From contig CAYYQL010000011.1 in the NCBI GenBank assembly GCA_964473825.1, positions 10,980 to 74,979 on the forward strand: a stretch of DNA of 64,000 nucleotides, written 5' to 3'. Shown here piece by piece: positions 27,169 through 37,441 of this stretch. The stretch comes from an uncultured archaeon (GTDB taxonomy: Archaea; Asgardarchaeota; Thorarchaeia; Thorarchaeales; Thorarchaeaceae). Position numbers and translations under genes: made by a program. The notes beneath the pieces are model-generated. The model saw only the letters and a program-made list of their open reading frames with translations. It ran no database searches and had not been told where the DNA came from. Position 1 is the first letter of the stretch. Every line of letters starts with the position of its first letter.

Positions 27169-27723
27169 CTAGTCCTCAGTAAGGCGGGGACCAATTCCAT
27201 TATCAAAGGCCCACTCCATTACTTGAGCAGCCTGGGCACTCGATATTCCCCAGACACGCAGATTAGATACCAGATTGTGAATTCCGGAGGCCCAATCGGA
27301 CAGCACCTGCCTGATACGACCCATGATTCCGGGGTCTGTCACGTTCTCCATGAGAAGTAAGAGTTTTGCAACAAGACTCTGTGACAGGACGAGTATGGTC
27401 TCTAAACGTGCAATCCACTCCTCACGTGGTAGGCCACTCAAGGTCTGGACCACCGCAAGGTGGTAATCGTATTGAGTCGTGTAATATCTTAGGCGCCAAC
27501 TCAGTATCTCAACCAGAAGAACACGATGTGCGTTGCTTGGAGCAGTCTTCATGAGTAGTTTCAAGAACCGCTCACACATCTCATCTGCAGATTGACTCGC
27601 ATCGTAGTACAATGCCATTGCCTGCTGATACTCTTGGTTTCTGAGGAGCTCGGCGGCCTCTTCGGTTGCCTTCTTGAATCTATCAAGAATGGCCCGTGTG
27701 GATTTCAGTTCCGAGCTCTCCAA
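27169..27723 (-). CDS. All-helical hypothetical protein (MIT/TPR-like start)
   Basis: AAELLRNQEYQQAMALYYDA; amphipathic helices throughout. Confidence 0.7.
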   Translation of the reverse strand: MESSELKSTRAILDRFKKATEEAAELLRNQEYQQAMALYYDASQSADEMCERFLKLLMKTAPSNAHRVLLVEILSWRLRYYTTQYDYHLAVVQTLSGLPREEWIARLETILVLSQSLVAKLLLLMENVTDPGIMGRIRQVLSDWASGIHNLVSNLRVWGISSAQAAQVMEWAFDNGIGPRLTED

Positions 27724-27750
27724 TTCACCATACCTCTTGTGCGGTTGTAT

Positions 27751-28179
27751 CTAGCTTTCGTCCCAATCAAGAGTCAAATAATCGCTTTCAACATCCAATA
27801 CGCTAGCATGGCTTCGAATCCAGTTAGCAAACTCTTCAATCTTATGATTTGTTTCCACACTGAAATACCCCTCCCAAATGCAGGAATCCTCGAGTGGACA
27901 AAATCCTGTAGAATGAACCATGTCCATGGATCGTTTCTTGATTTCGGAGAAGACCTCTTTTGCAGATTCGGTAAAGCCCTCAAGAGAGAAACTAACACGA
28001 ATGAGGACCACCAACTCTCTGTCTAATCCAATGACACGGAGAAAGTGGCTCCTTGTCCCGATGACCAAAACAGGAGTACTGTCATTGATACCCATTTCTA
28101 GGCCGAAATCTCCAAGTAGAAGCTTGCCCTCTTCAACTCTGGTCACTTTACCCTTGGTGAGCGTCTTCAAGCTTCCCAT
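27751..28179 (-). CDS. Hypothetical protein, AbrB-like N-terminus + ACT-like domain
   Basis: VTRVEEGKLLL...LEMGI; C-terminal beta-alpha-beta-beta-alpha-beta pattern (VHSTGFC...WEGYF). Confidence 0.55.
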   Translation of the reverse strand: MGSLKTLTKGKVTRVEEGKLLLGDFGLEMGINDSTPVLVIGTRSHFLRVIGLDRELVVLIRVSFSLEGFTESAKEVFSEIKKRSMDMVHSTGFCPLEDSCIWEGYFSVETNHKIEEFANWIRSHASVLDVESDYLTLDWDES

Positions 28180-28442
28180 CCAAGAACCCTCTTCAAGAAC
28201 GTTTCACCCAGAGGGGTGATAGCGTAGCCATTTGCATCACCGCTAAGTAGCCCTAGAGTCTTCAACAGAGGAATTTTGACTTCGAGACAGTGCTGAGTGA
28301 CTGAGCTATAGCGCTTTAGCTCGTAGTCGTTCACACAGCCTTGTTTGATCAAAGTAAGAATGTCTATTCCCATGCCACCAATGAGATAGCGAATGCTCTC
28401 AGCACCGAAGCTGGCAATGGTCTTAGTATCGGATGACTCCAT
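28167..28442 (-). CDS. Small winged-helix protein
   Basis: LLKTLGLL...YAITPLGETFLK wing motif. Confidence 0.65.
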   Translation of the reverse strand: MESSDTKTIASFGAESIRYLIGGMGIDILTLIKQGCVNDYELKRYSSVTQHCLEVKIPLLKTLGLLSGDANGYAITPLGETFLKRVLGWEA

Positions 28443-28498
28443 ACTAAATTCTACAAATTCTACACCCTAAAAGGTGTCTAGGATGTATACCTGTCTAC

Positions 28499-29473
28499 TC
28501 ATATGGGAGGCATATGAGAGTCCTTGTATTCGTCAGTTGCTTCCATCCAAATCTTGAACTCCTCCGATGGCGGATTGCTCTGGTATAGCAGTTGCCTTTC
28601 AGCCTCTAGACACTGCACATCTTCCTCCGCTACCTCAGCCATAGTTGTCACGCGATTTCCATTATCCTGCGCCGCATCATACACTGGTTGGAGCCATTCC
28701 TTCCATGACGTGGAACGCTGCAGGTGGTGATCTACAACGAGTGTCGGCACAGCAGATGCCAGTCTACACAGTGATTGCCGGGCCTTAGCTCGATGCTCCT
28801 CCGTGAATACATGCAGATAGATGGGCGGACCTCCTACTATCATCAAATCAGAGTTCATCGAGAGAAGGGTGTCAGCCACATTCTGCTCAACGGGGCCCTG
28901 AACATCAGGAGCAAATACAACCCGCGTAGAATCATACTCAACACAGGTCGCGATAACGTATCCAAGAGGGCTTGATCTAGGGCCATGACTCAAGGGTAGG
29001 GAGTACCGCAGGGTCGTATCCTCAAAACGAAAGTGCTTGCCATCATTCCATTTTATTGTCTTAGCGACATTCTCCACATCTTTCTGGAAGTAGTAGCCTC
29101 TACGGCGTTGTGACGGATTGATATTCTCCCGGTTGTCCTTGGCCAGGACGACGCTGCCTTCAAACATTTGCTGCAATTCCTCCCGTGAACTCAGATTGTA
29201 CCGAAAATTGGTGAAACCCGGCCTGATATGATCGAAGTGATAATGAGATATAGAGAGGATGTCGGCTTTCCGGGCTTCCACGAAGATTCTCTCTAAACGG
29301 CACTTGAGAGCTCTATACTCCAGCGGATGGGGTTCAAGACCCAATCTTTTTGCCAGCGCGGCAGAGGGGTCAAACAGCATACGCAAATTGGGCGTCACCA
29401 TGGCTGTGCATAGGGAGCGCACACCCATCGTTTCTGCAGCTATGGGGTAGACTTCAATATCTCCAACCTTCAA
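28499..29473 (-). CDS. UPF0282 metallo-beta-lactamase-fold protein
   Basis: AETMGVRS, DPSAALA, ISHYHFDH, SQRRR, HG...LGYV, DVQGP, GGPP.YL, DHHL.R. Confidence 0.88.
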   Translation of the reverse strand: MKVGDIEVYPIAAETMGVRSLCTAMVTPNLRMLFDPSAALAKRLGLEPHPLEYRALKCRLERIFVEARKADILSISHYHFDHIRPGFTNFRYNLSSREELQQMFEGSVVLAKDNRENINPSQRRRGYYFQKDVENVAKTIKWNDGKHFRFEDTTLRYSLPLSHGPRSSPLGYVIATCVEYDSTRVVFAPDVQGPVEQNVADTLLSMNSDLMIVGGPPIYLHVFTEEHRAKARQSLCRLASAVPTLVVDHHLQRSTSWKEWLQPVYDAAQDNGNRVTTMAEVAEEDVQCLEAERQLLYQSNPPSEEFKIWMEATDEYKDSHMPPI

Positions 29474-29991
29474 TCATAGGCCTTCCTATAGTAGTTCAGT
29501 TGGTATCCGTGTTTGTTTTGGGCAAGCTCTGCCTCATAGAGGATACCTGTCTCCCGATTCATCTCAAAGGATTCGAACATGTACCAGTCAGAAGGAATGA
29601 ATTCCGACTTCGATGCCAGAATATCAGGTTGAGTGAAAGCACTGAGCTCTCCCTCTCTAGACTCCCGTTGATAGTCAGAAACAACGGCATAACCCACAAA
29701 GATGAGGAAGTGGGCTTTGAGATTGCCTTCCGAGTCAACCAGACGCTCAGAAACAATGCCACGAAATCCATAGTTCATGAGCCTGCTGGTGCCTGTCTCT
29801 TCCCGCACCTCGCGTTCAGCAGCTTCTCTAATATGCTCACCCAGATCAATCTTTCCTCCTACCAAGCTCCAGAGCCCGTCATATGGGGGTTTTCGTCTCT
29901 TGATGAAGAGATAACCATCCTGGTGCTTGAGGATTGTGATGACTATCGGCAACAAGGGAGCATTATCGGACACTGTATCAGACTGCATCAC
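29470..29991 (-). CDS. NUDIX hydrolase
   Basis: Nudix box GGKIDLGEHIREAAEREVREETG. Confidence 0.92.
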   Translation of the reverse strand: MMQSDTVSDNAPLLPIVITILKHQDGYLFIKRRKPPYDGLWSLVGGKIDLGEHIREAAEREVREETGTSRLMNYGFRGIVSERLVDSEGNLKAHFLIFVGYAVVSDYQRESREGELSAFTQPDILASKSEFIPSDWYMFESFEMNRETGILYEAELAQNKHGYQLNYYRKAYD

Positions 29992-30091
29992 TTATGCCAA
30001 GAGGGATGAAGCTCCTATAAACTCTAGCTGAAACGAAGCATGCCGAAAGTTATTAGCAGACGCAAGATACCTCTCCCCCGGGTACTGTGGA

Positions 30092-31540
30092 TTGAGCGAA
30101 CTACTGGAACCAGAAATGCGTGACCGGCTTCTTGCAGAGATTACTCCAAGTGACGAAGAACTGAGAAGACAGAGAAGCATTGTTGAAAATCTTGCCACAG
30201 CCCTGCGAGAGAGGGCTGAAGCAATTGGAGAGAACTATTCTTTCATTGAACCACATGGCTCAACTGGTGAGAAGCAGACACAGCTGAGAGGGGCAGCAGA
30301 TGTTGACCTGTTTGTTGCTCTGGATCCTCAGGACTACGCATCGGTTCTTGAACGGTCTGCAACTGACAGGGAACGAATATTGAGCCATCGATTGGAAGTG
30401 CTTGTTGATGATTGGTTTCGTCCAGCTGCCGAGTCTACTGAAGCCAGCAATATCAAGAAGACCTACTCACAGCACCCATATCTGTCATTGGTCATGGGTG
30501 GACTGGAGGTGGACATTGTTGCCTGTTTTGACTTGCCTCCCCACTATCTCATGAATGAGGGGCCAATTACGGCGGTTGACCGTACTGTTCACCATACCAG
30601 ATACGTATCCAACAGGCTTGACGAGATACTCAGGGGCGATGTACGCCTGCTGAAGTCGTTCACACGGGCAGGTCATGCTTACGGAGACAAGTGTGCAGTC
30701 GGCAGGATGGGACTTACTGGATATTGTCTAGAACTGATGGTCATATGGGGAGAGGGATTAGATGGAGCAATCAAATCACTACAATGCCTCCCGGAGGAGC
30801 CACTTGACCCACAGCATAGGACCCTGAGGGAGCTTAAGAACAAGTCAAGGTTTAGAGATGATTATGTCTTTGTAATCGACCCCACAGACACAGACAGGAA
30901 TGTGGCCTCCAGTTTCTCAAAAAGAAGTGTGGATTGGACAATCATGAGGGTTCACGACCTGCTCGAAACTCCTCTGGATGGTGATTCACAGATCATCTTT
31001 GATATGTTTCTTGAGAAACCTATAAGCACAGCACCGTTACCCAGAGAATTGCAGAATCATTTCATAGGCTTCGAGTTCGAATCCTTGGGCTCTGAGCATT
31101 ACACGGTCCTTCGAGATAAGCTGTATAGCTTGGCAAGCAAGATCAGAGAGAAGGTCGCAAGAGAACGGACAGGGGAGAAGAGGTTTGGCGATTGTGTCTT
31201 CGAATTGTATTTCGAGAAACCGAGATATGCCCTCGGATTCCTAGTAGAGCGGCTCTCTATCGAAAAGAAGTATCGCAGGCGGGGACCACCTACGAACATG
31301 AAGAGTGCTGCTGAGAAGTTCAAGTCTGAGCATCCCGAGGCCTATGAAGAGAGTGGATATCTGTGGATTAAGGATAGGAGGAAATGGATATCTGCAAGAG
31401 AGATAATCATCCACTTGATCACCAAGAACAAAATAGAAGACCTAGAGATTCTCGACGAAACTGGGAATTTGACTAGAAAAGTTGGAAATGTCCTCCAAAA
31501 AGCAGTTCTGAGAGTAGAAGATATGAAAATCGAAGAATGA
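30092..31540 (+). CDS. cca: Archaeal (class I) CCA-adding enzyme
   Basis: GS...TQLRGAADVDLF, YSQHPY, VDIV, TAVDRT..H, DVRLLK.F, GYCLEL, IDPTD..RNVAS, GPP. Confidence 0.93.
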   Translation: MSELLEPEMRDRLLAEITPSDEELRRQRSIVENLATALRERAEAIGENYSFIEPHGSTGEKQTQLRGAADVDLFVALDPQDYASVLERSATDRERILSHRLEVLVDDWFRPAAESTEASNIKKTYSQHPYLSLVMGGLEVDIVACFDLPPHYLMNEGPITAVDRTVHHTRYVSNRLDEILRGDVRLLKSFTRAGHAYGDKCAVGRMGLTGYCLELMVIWGEGLDGAIKSLQCLPEEPLDPQHRTLRELKNKSRFRDDYVFVIDPTDTDRNVASSFSKRSVDWTIMRVHDLLETPLDGDSQIIFDMFLEKPISTAPLPRELQNHFIGFEFESLGSEHYTVLRDKLYSLASKIREKVARERTGEKRFGDCVFELYFEKPRYALGFLVERLSIEKKYRRRGPPTNMKSAAEKFKSEHPEAYEESGYLWIKDRRKWISAREIIIHLITKNKIEDLEILDETGNLTRKVGNVLQKAVLRVEDMKIEE

Positions 31541-31586
31541 CAAGGATTTAATGAAACAATGCTCTGCACCACAATGGTGAACATCT

Positions 31587-32660
31587 GTGGCCTGGGACAG
31601 AATGCTATTACTCTCACATCCGAGCTCGATCCAGCACAACATGCCATTTCCGCGACCTCATCTGGAGTCCTTTGAGAACCCATTGAGAGTACAGATGGCA
31701 GAGCTCTACCTGAAAGAACGAGGAATCTTGGAAAAGATGAATACCCAGCGTGCACCAGAAGTGCCCATCGAGATGGCACTCAGCGTTCATAGTGAGTATC
31801 TGGTTGACTCGGTCAGAATCATGACAGAATTGGGCAGTGGTCAACTCGGAGAGGCATCGTATGCTAGTCCAGAACTCTTACACAGCGCTCTCCATGCCGT
31901 CGGAGGAGCAGTTCGTGCGGCGGAGGCGGTCTATGAAAAGGAAGCCAAACATGCCTTTTCGCTCATGCGTCCTCCAGGCCACCATGCATCGGCCTCCACT
32001 GCAACGGGGCTGTGTTACTTCAACAACATTGCGATTGCAGTGAGAACGCTCCAAGCCAAGGAGGGCGTTGAACGAGTCAGCATCATTGATTTCGATGACC
32101 ACCACGGCAACGGCACAACGGACATATTCTATTCTGACCCAGATGTGCAATATATCTCGATTCATGAGTATGACTACCAGAACTACGGCAGCGGCCACTT
32201 CTCAGAGATTGGATATGGTGACGCGGCAGGCACCAACGTGAACATCCCACTCATCGATTTCTCCCCCGATGCGTCCTACAAAATTGCCTTTGATAGAATT
32301 GTAAAACCTGCGGTCAAATCCTTTGCCCCCGACATCATAGGGGTCTCAGCCGGATATGACCCCCATTATGCAGACCCTGTAGGAAACATGGACGTTGACA
32401 GCTCCACGTTTCATCTCATCGGAAAAGACATCTCAGATCTAGTGCGTGATGTGAAGGCACTGGGCTCATTTTGGGTACTAGAGGGAGGGTACAATCCGTT
32501 TGCAATTGGACCGTCCATTGAGGCATCGCTCCATGGGCTGGCTGGAAAGTCACTGCCCTCGCTCCAAGACCAAGTGGACAGAGAAGTCAACCAACCAATT
32601 GTGGAGAGCAATGAAAGCATCATCGACACCATAATTGAGATGTTCAGTTCTTTCTGGTGA
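31587..32660 (+). CDS. Histone deacetylase/acetylpolyamine amidohydrolase family protein
   Basis: RPPGHHA, GLCYFNNIA, DFDDHHGNGT, SAGYD.H..DP, LEGGY. Confidence 0.93.
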   Translation: MAWDRMLLLSHPSSIQHNMPFPRPHLESFENPLRVQMAELYLKERGILEKMNTQRAPEVPIEMALSVHSEYLVDSVRIMTELGSGQLGEASYASPELLHSALHAVGGAVRAAEAVYEKEAKHAFSLMRPPGHHASASTATGLCYFNNIAIAVRTLQAKEGVERVSIIDFDDHHGNGTTDIFYSDPDVQYISIHEYDYQNYGSGHFSEIGYGDAAGTNVNIPLIDFSPDASYKIAFDRIVKPAVKSFAPDIIGVSAGYDPHYADPVGNMDVDSSTFHLIGKDISDLVRDVKALGSFWVLEGGYNPFAIGPSIEASLHGLAGKSLPSLQDQVDREVNQPIVESNESIIDTIIEMFSSFW

Positions 32661-32732
32661 TTTGGTGTAAGGCACAAGATTTTAAGGTCAGCCTCTGAGG
32701 CCCCGTTGACGAACCCGTACGGTGGTTAAGAA

Positions 32733-33005
32733 TTGGCTAAAAAGAGAAAATCAGGTGGCCGAAGCAAGGGCAAGTCCGGAAAGACAGGCACTGTACAATG
32801 CTCTAAGTGTGGAAGGTTAGTTCCGGCAGATAAAGCAAAGAAATACACACGTCGTGTCTCTCCTGTTGATCCACAGCTGGCCCGGGAATTGCGGCAACAG
32901 GGTGCATTCATTCATACCCGAAAGGTAACGCAATACTACTGCATTAGTTGCGCTGTACACTCTGGAAGAGTACATATCCGAGAAGAGGACAAGCGCAAAG
33001 ACTGA
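32733..33005 (+). CDS. rps26e: Small-subunit ribosomal protein eS26
   Basis: KKRKSGGRSK, VQCSKCGRLVPADKA, YCISCAVHS. Confidence 0.96.
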   Translation: MAKKRKSGGRSKGKSGKTGTVQCSKCGRLVPADKAKKYTRRVSPVDPQLARELRQQGAFIHTRKVTQYYCISCAVHSGRVHIREEDKRKD

Positions 33006-33083
33006 GAACAAATGCACCATGCCCGAAACCTGCACACATAAGGGATTGGCAAGCGAATACTTACGTGGCAGCTGATATTCCAG

Positions 33084-33680
33084 ATGACTCGAGAAAAACC
33101 CATGTTGAGATTCATCCAGCTACTTCTTGACGGCCCAGAAGATGGAAATTTCATTTTGAAGGATCTGCCCGGGTCCGGGAAGAGAATAGATCTTCTCTGC
33201 CGCGACCTTGCTGCATGTTTTGATTGGGGCCCTGAAGACTGGCCCAAAGACCGACTCGAACTCATCGCTCTGTTACCAAGCAATACTACACTCACATTCC
33301 GCTGCCCCGATGGGGAGATTCCTGTTGGAGAGAGAGCCTGGGCAGAAGAAATCAAAGCAGTTCTGGATGGACATGAGAGCAACCTGATAGAGAAGGAATT
33401 GACTGAACTGGAGAGAGTAATCCAGAAGCTTCTCGCAGAGGAGAACAGCAGGCTTTGGGTACTTGAAGAGAATGGAACGGATATCAGATCTCTTACCGAT
33501 CTAGATGCAGAATCGCAGAACAGTTTTATCCTCGGAGACCATCAAGGATTTGGCCATGCTGTCCTACAGACAATCCATCAGTACGAAATCACACCAATCT
33601 CAGTGGGGCCGCGTAGCTACCTTAGCAGTCACTGCATTGCAGCTGTAATCTCGGAATTTGAAGGGATGAAACATAGATGA
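33084..33680 (+). CDS. trmY: tRNA pseudouridine(54)-N1 methyltransferase (SPOUT)
   Basis: LKDLPGSGKRIDLLCR, FILGDHQG, ISVGP..YLSSHCI. Confidence 0.88.
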   Translation: MTREKPMLRFIQLLLDGPEDGNFILKDLPGSGKRIDLLCRDLAACFDWGPEDWPKDRLELIALLPSNTTLTFRCPDGEIPVGERAWAEEIKAVLDGHESNLIEKELTELERVIQKLLAEENSRLWVLEENGTDIRSLTDLDAESQNSFILGDHQGFGHAVLQTIHQYEITPISVGPRSYLSSHCIAAVISEFEGMKHR

Positions 33681-34024
33681 ACCCGTCTTCAGACCAGCCA
33701 AAAGCGATTCATAGATTGGTGAAGAAGCTTACAAAAGAGATGCTGTGGATCTACATGCTACGCCTTCTACAGGAGAAACCACGCTACGGTTACGAAATCA
33801 AGAATCTGGTCACTGAAAGATTTGGATTCTCGCCCGCTACAGTGAGCGGCTATGCAATCATCTATCGCCTTGTGAAGGATGGGCTGATTGAAGCACAAGA
33901 ACGGGATGGCTCAACACGGAAGTATTATGCCATAACCGAGGAGGGACTGCAGGCAATGAAAGATGCAAAGGAGTTCCTTCTCAAAACTCTTGAGACAGTC
34001 TTTGATCTCACAGAAATCACTTAG
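33677..34024 (+). CDS. PadR family transcription regulator
   Basis: LRLL.EKPRYGYEI, Y.L.KDGLI, RKYYAITEEG. Confidence 0.92.
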   Translation: MNPSSDQPKAIHRLVKKLTKEMLWIYMLRLLQEKPRYGYEIKNLVTERFGFSPATVSGYAIIYRLVKDGLIEAQERDGSTRKYYAITEEGLQAMKDAKEFLLKTLETVFDLTEIT

Positions 34025-34932
34025 CGAATGCTGATTCCGGTATAGACCAGTTCTGAACGCTTCTTTACTTGGGCATAGGTCATTTCCGGAGTGCAACCCA
34101 ATCGTTCAATCATGAGACTGGCTGCTGCGGTCCCAAATGCGCCACACTGGAGAAGATTACCGCCATCCAGCAACCTCAGTGCGAAGGCAGCCATGAATGC
34201 ATCTCCCGCACCATATGGTTCGGTGATTGAGGTCTGATAGGCTGGAACAACATAGAAGTCCGCTCCATCATAGATTATACTACCGTCAGAATCCAGAGTT
34301 ACAGCGGCAAGGGGAGCTCCCCATTCCACCAGAGTCTCAGCAGCAACATATGGATCCTTATGATTGGTCATGAGTAATGCTTCAGTGCGGTTGGGTTTGA
34401 CCATATCTACAAAATCTAGAATATGACGGATTGTAGGAGTGTCAACGTGCGCAGCCAATCCTCTGTCAGGACGAACACGGTATAGCTGAGGGTCCCAAAG
34501 AATTCTTGCGTCAGACGAATTGGCAATCCACTCGACGAGTTCTAGGTCTACCTCTTGGAGTACCGGGCTGAGAATGATGCAGTCTGTCCTCAAGAACTCC
34601 TCGGGAATATCACGTATTCTGATGGGGTTGCCAACTCCCACGAGTTCATTCGTTCTGGTTCTGTCCTGAGCAACGTTGAACCTGAACTCGTTCGTTTCGT
34701 TGCATTCAGCCAGATGACGCTCTTCGATTCCACAGGAATCCAGATCAGCAAACATCTGTTCCCTCATATCCGCCGGACTGCAACCAACGAATGCACACTC
34801 ATGAACTCCAAGCTTGACAATGACTTGGGCGGTGTGTATGGCTGGACCAGAAGGGATGACCTGCGTTTGCTCATTTGATTCGTAACTGACTTTGCGGTAT
34901 GCAGGGTTTCCGACGACAACTGCTCTATACAT
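34021..34932 (-). CDS. PfkB/ribokinase-family kinase (candidate myo-inositol kinase)
   Basis: KPNRTEA, VTL...GS, GAGDAF. Start ATG 34932 overlaps the stop of the upstream CDP-alcohol transferase. Confidence 0.85.
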   Translation of the reverse strand: MYRAVVVGNPAYRKVSYESNEQTQVIPSGPAIHTAQVIVKLGVHECAFVGCSPADMREQMFADLDSCGIEERHLAECNETNEFRFNVAQDRTRTNELVGVGNPIRIRDIPEEFLRTDCIILSPVLQEVDLELVEWIANSSDARILWDPQLYRVRPDRGLAAHVDTPTIRHILDFVDMVKPNRTEALLMTNHKDPYVAAETLVEWGAPLAAVTLDSDGSIIYDGADFYVVPAYQTSITEPYGAGDAFMAAFALRLLDGGNLLQCGAFGTAAASLMIERLGCTPEMTYAQVKKRSELVYTGISIR

Positions 34933-35650
34933 TCTGAGCCGCTTCCTGTGACGTAATGATTCTCCTCGCATATGCCAAACGCTGAGCTACTGTGATGTGA
35001 GACAGGATAGCAACAATCACAATGCAGACGGTGAGTATATTGGTGATTTCTACTGTTGCGAAGAATGCGACGACTGCTGGCGGGAACATGTTGAGGAAAT
35101 CCATCCAGATATTCGTGGCGGGGAGTGCAAGCAACAAAATACCTGCGAACTGGAGTAGAAGTTTTTCTTGTCGTTCGGCGATACCTACAGCACAATCATC
35201 CATTCCCCCAATGGATTCTGCCTTTGCACGGGAGTAACTTGCCATCAGCATGCCGAAGAGTGCGACAAAGCCCCAGAACCAAGGAATGAAAGTGTCACCC
35301 GCGGTATATGGCCACCACACAATGTTGGGAGTTCCAGATGGGCCTGCCATAAGTCCAAGCATGAAGAAGAACTCCGCGTATCTATCGAGAGTGTGGTCGA
35401 ATGTAGCACCAAATCGAGATGCGAGATTCGCCGCGCGTGCAACAGCCCCATCAAACATGTCCATAACAACGGTCAGTAACATAACTAGAAAGCCGAGCAG
35501 TAGTGCTCCTGAGTAAAAAAAGTAAGCGCTGGCCATCGCAACCATGAGAGTCAGCCCCGTTATGGCATTTGGTGTTAGACCAGTCCGGGCTAGGGCCCTA
35601 CCCACCGGCATCATTGCGTCCTGATATCTATCTCTCAGTCTTCCCAGCAT
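34925..35650 (-). CDS. pgsA: CDP-alcohol phosphatidyltransferase (archaetidylinositol-phosphate synthase-like)
   Basis: TPNAIT, DMFDGAVAR...SRFGATFDHTLDRYAE, SYSRAKAE, GIAER.E. Confidence 0.9.
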   Translation of the reverse strand: MLGRLRDRYQDAMMPVGRALARTGLTPNAITGLTLMVAMASAYFFYSGALLLGFLVMLLTVVMDMFDGAVARAANLASRFGATFDHTLDRYAEFFFMLGLMAGPSGTPNIVWWPYTAGDTFIPWFWGFVALFGMLMASYSRAKAESIGGMDDCAVGIAERQEKLLLQFAGILLLALPATNIWMDFLNMFPPAVVAFFATVEITNILTVCIVIVAILSHITVAQRLAYARRIITSQEAAQNV

Positions 35651-35727
35651 CTATATCACAGGCCACGTTTTGTCGCCCACTTTCGACTCGCTAATAAAGC
35701 TGTTGAGAAGTCCAATCGAGTAGTAAC

Positions 35728-37398
35728 TTACAGTACTGATTCTAGTCTCTGACTCACCCAATCGGCTCCGAGGAGATTGAGGAGAGGACCTAACCTAGGA
35801 CCCGATTTTCTCGAGATGAGTAGCTGATAGAATAAGGCGAAGGCGCGGCGTGGCTTCATTCCAACGCTCCTTGCAGTCTCAAACACAGCGGTCTGCAGCT
35901 CTTCATCATCTCTCGATGGCCCCCTCAACACCTCAAGCATCTTAGCAAGAAACTCGAGATTTTGATCACTTAGATTTTGGCGCACATCTTTGGGTACTTC
36001 TTCAGTGATTCTGATTTTATCCTGGTCAGATCCAAACTCTCGAACCCAGTTCTTAGCTCGGCTCAGACGTATTGGAATATGTGCTAGCGTCGCAGGAGGG
36101 ATATCATCAATATCATGTTGTTTTCTAATAGCCTCCTTGCATCGCTCCATAACCACTTCCTGTCCCAGTAAGTCCTCCAGCTGTGAAGTGACTATTGCGA
36201 ATTTGTAGGATAGTTTCGGAGTGAACTGCTCGCTAGGCTGTGTAGGTTCACTCAACGGATACAGCAGATCTGCGAGTTCTTTCTCCTCGGGAGTGGAATC
36301 ATCGATTCCATAGAAGACGCGTTCAAAGCGTTCATACTGATCCACAGAATCGGGAATTCGTTCCGGCTGGATGTTGATTGTTCTCTTCAAGTCAGTCTTC
36401 AACATCAGAAATCTGTAGAGCTCAGGAGGAGCAATCTCGAGCCATGTCTTTGGAATGAACACTATCCCCTCAGACGTGGCCATGTCTCGACCACCAATCT
36501 GAACCCATTCGTAGGGAACTTTAACGGGCCCCTTCCACCCGAAGACTCTTCGAGATACTTCAAGACCTGTGTCGTAGGAACCACCCTTGACAGCATGGTC
36601 TTTGCCTGCAGGTTCACATGTGACTCTGAAAAGGTGCCACTTGGCAGGCCAGTCAACTCTCCAAGTCAGTTTAACGCGGACATCACTCAGGGGTAGAGTT
36701 GCAGCATAGCCACATCCTGGACAGGCAAAACTCACCTCGTCGTTGGCTGCATCATATTCCGTGACTCTATTCGGCTCAATTCCACCCTTCACACCACTCT
36801 GCAATCGCCCGCACTTAGGACAGACTACCGAAGCAGGGAACCAAGTCTTCATGGCTTCGAGATACTGCTGCCTCTGCTCATCGTTGAAGTCACGAGATAC
36901 AAATTCTACCATGATGTCACGAATGGTCTCAGTCTTGCCTAGACAGATGCGAACCTCTTCAAGCATTCCTGGAGTTTTATAGAGCTTGGATGTCCAGACA
37001 ATCTCAGGATCGAGTCCGAACTCAGGAAATGTCGCGATTAGCTCATTAGCCCAATGTGCACCATAGCTCTCACAACACCCGAACTCGTCAGGTACGTCAG
37101 AATATGGAACTCCTGCATATTTCTCCAAGGAAAGCGATGTCGAAGGAGGAAAGGACCTCACAGGATCATAGTCGTCAATGACGAACATGGTTCGGGCCTT
37201 CTTACCCCGCTCCAAGAGCCTCCGTTTGATGACATCACATACAATCAGCTCTCTCAGTATGCCTATGTGGATTTGTCCACTTGGACTCTTGCCAGCAGAT
37301 ATCAGATAGCTGTCAACATCGCGAGCAAGAACCCTGTCCACAACGTCCTGAATCCAATGAATTGAGAATTCCTGTTCGTCCGCATTGGGCATTGTCAT
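35728..37398 (-). CDS. lysS: Class I lysyl-tRNA synthetase
   Basis: SPSGQIHIG, DDYD, CPKCG, KL.WRVDWPAKW, EPAGKDH, YEW, MATSEG, GPRLG. Confidence 0.96.
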   Translation of the reverse strand: MTMPNADEQEFSIHWIQDVVDRVLARDVDSYLISAGKSPSGQIHIGILRELIVCDVIKRRLLERGKKARTMFVIDDYDPVRSFPPSTSLSLEKYAGVPYSDVPDEFGCCESYGAHWANELIATFPEFGLDPEIVWTSKLYKTPGMLEEVRICLGKTETIRDIMVEFVSRDFNDEQRQQYLEAMKTWFPASVVCPKCGRLQSGVKGGIEPNRVTEYDAANDEVSFACPGCGYAATLPLSDVRVKLTWRVDWPAKWHLFRVTCEPAGKDHAVKGGSYDTGLEVSRRVFGWKGPVKVPYEWVQIGGRDMATSEGIVFIPKTWLEIAPPELYRFLMLKTDLKRTINIQPERIPDSVDQYERFERVFYGIDDSTPEEKELADLLYPLSEPTQPSEQFTPKLSYKFAIVTSQLEDLLGQEVVMERCKEAIRKQHDIDDIPPATLAHIPIRLSRAKNWVREFGSDQDKIRITEEVPKDVRQNLSDQNLEFLAKMLEVLRGPSRDDEELQTAVFETARSVGMKPRRAFALFYQLLISRKSGPRLGPLLNLLGADWVSQRLESVL

Positions 37399-37441
37399 AT
37401 CCCTAGAATTGGCCGTTCCCTTGGTCTAAAGAAGCTTATCG

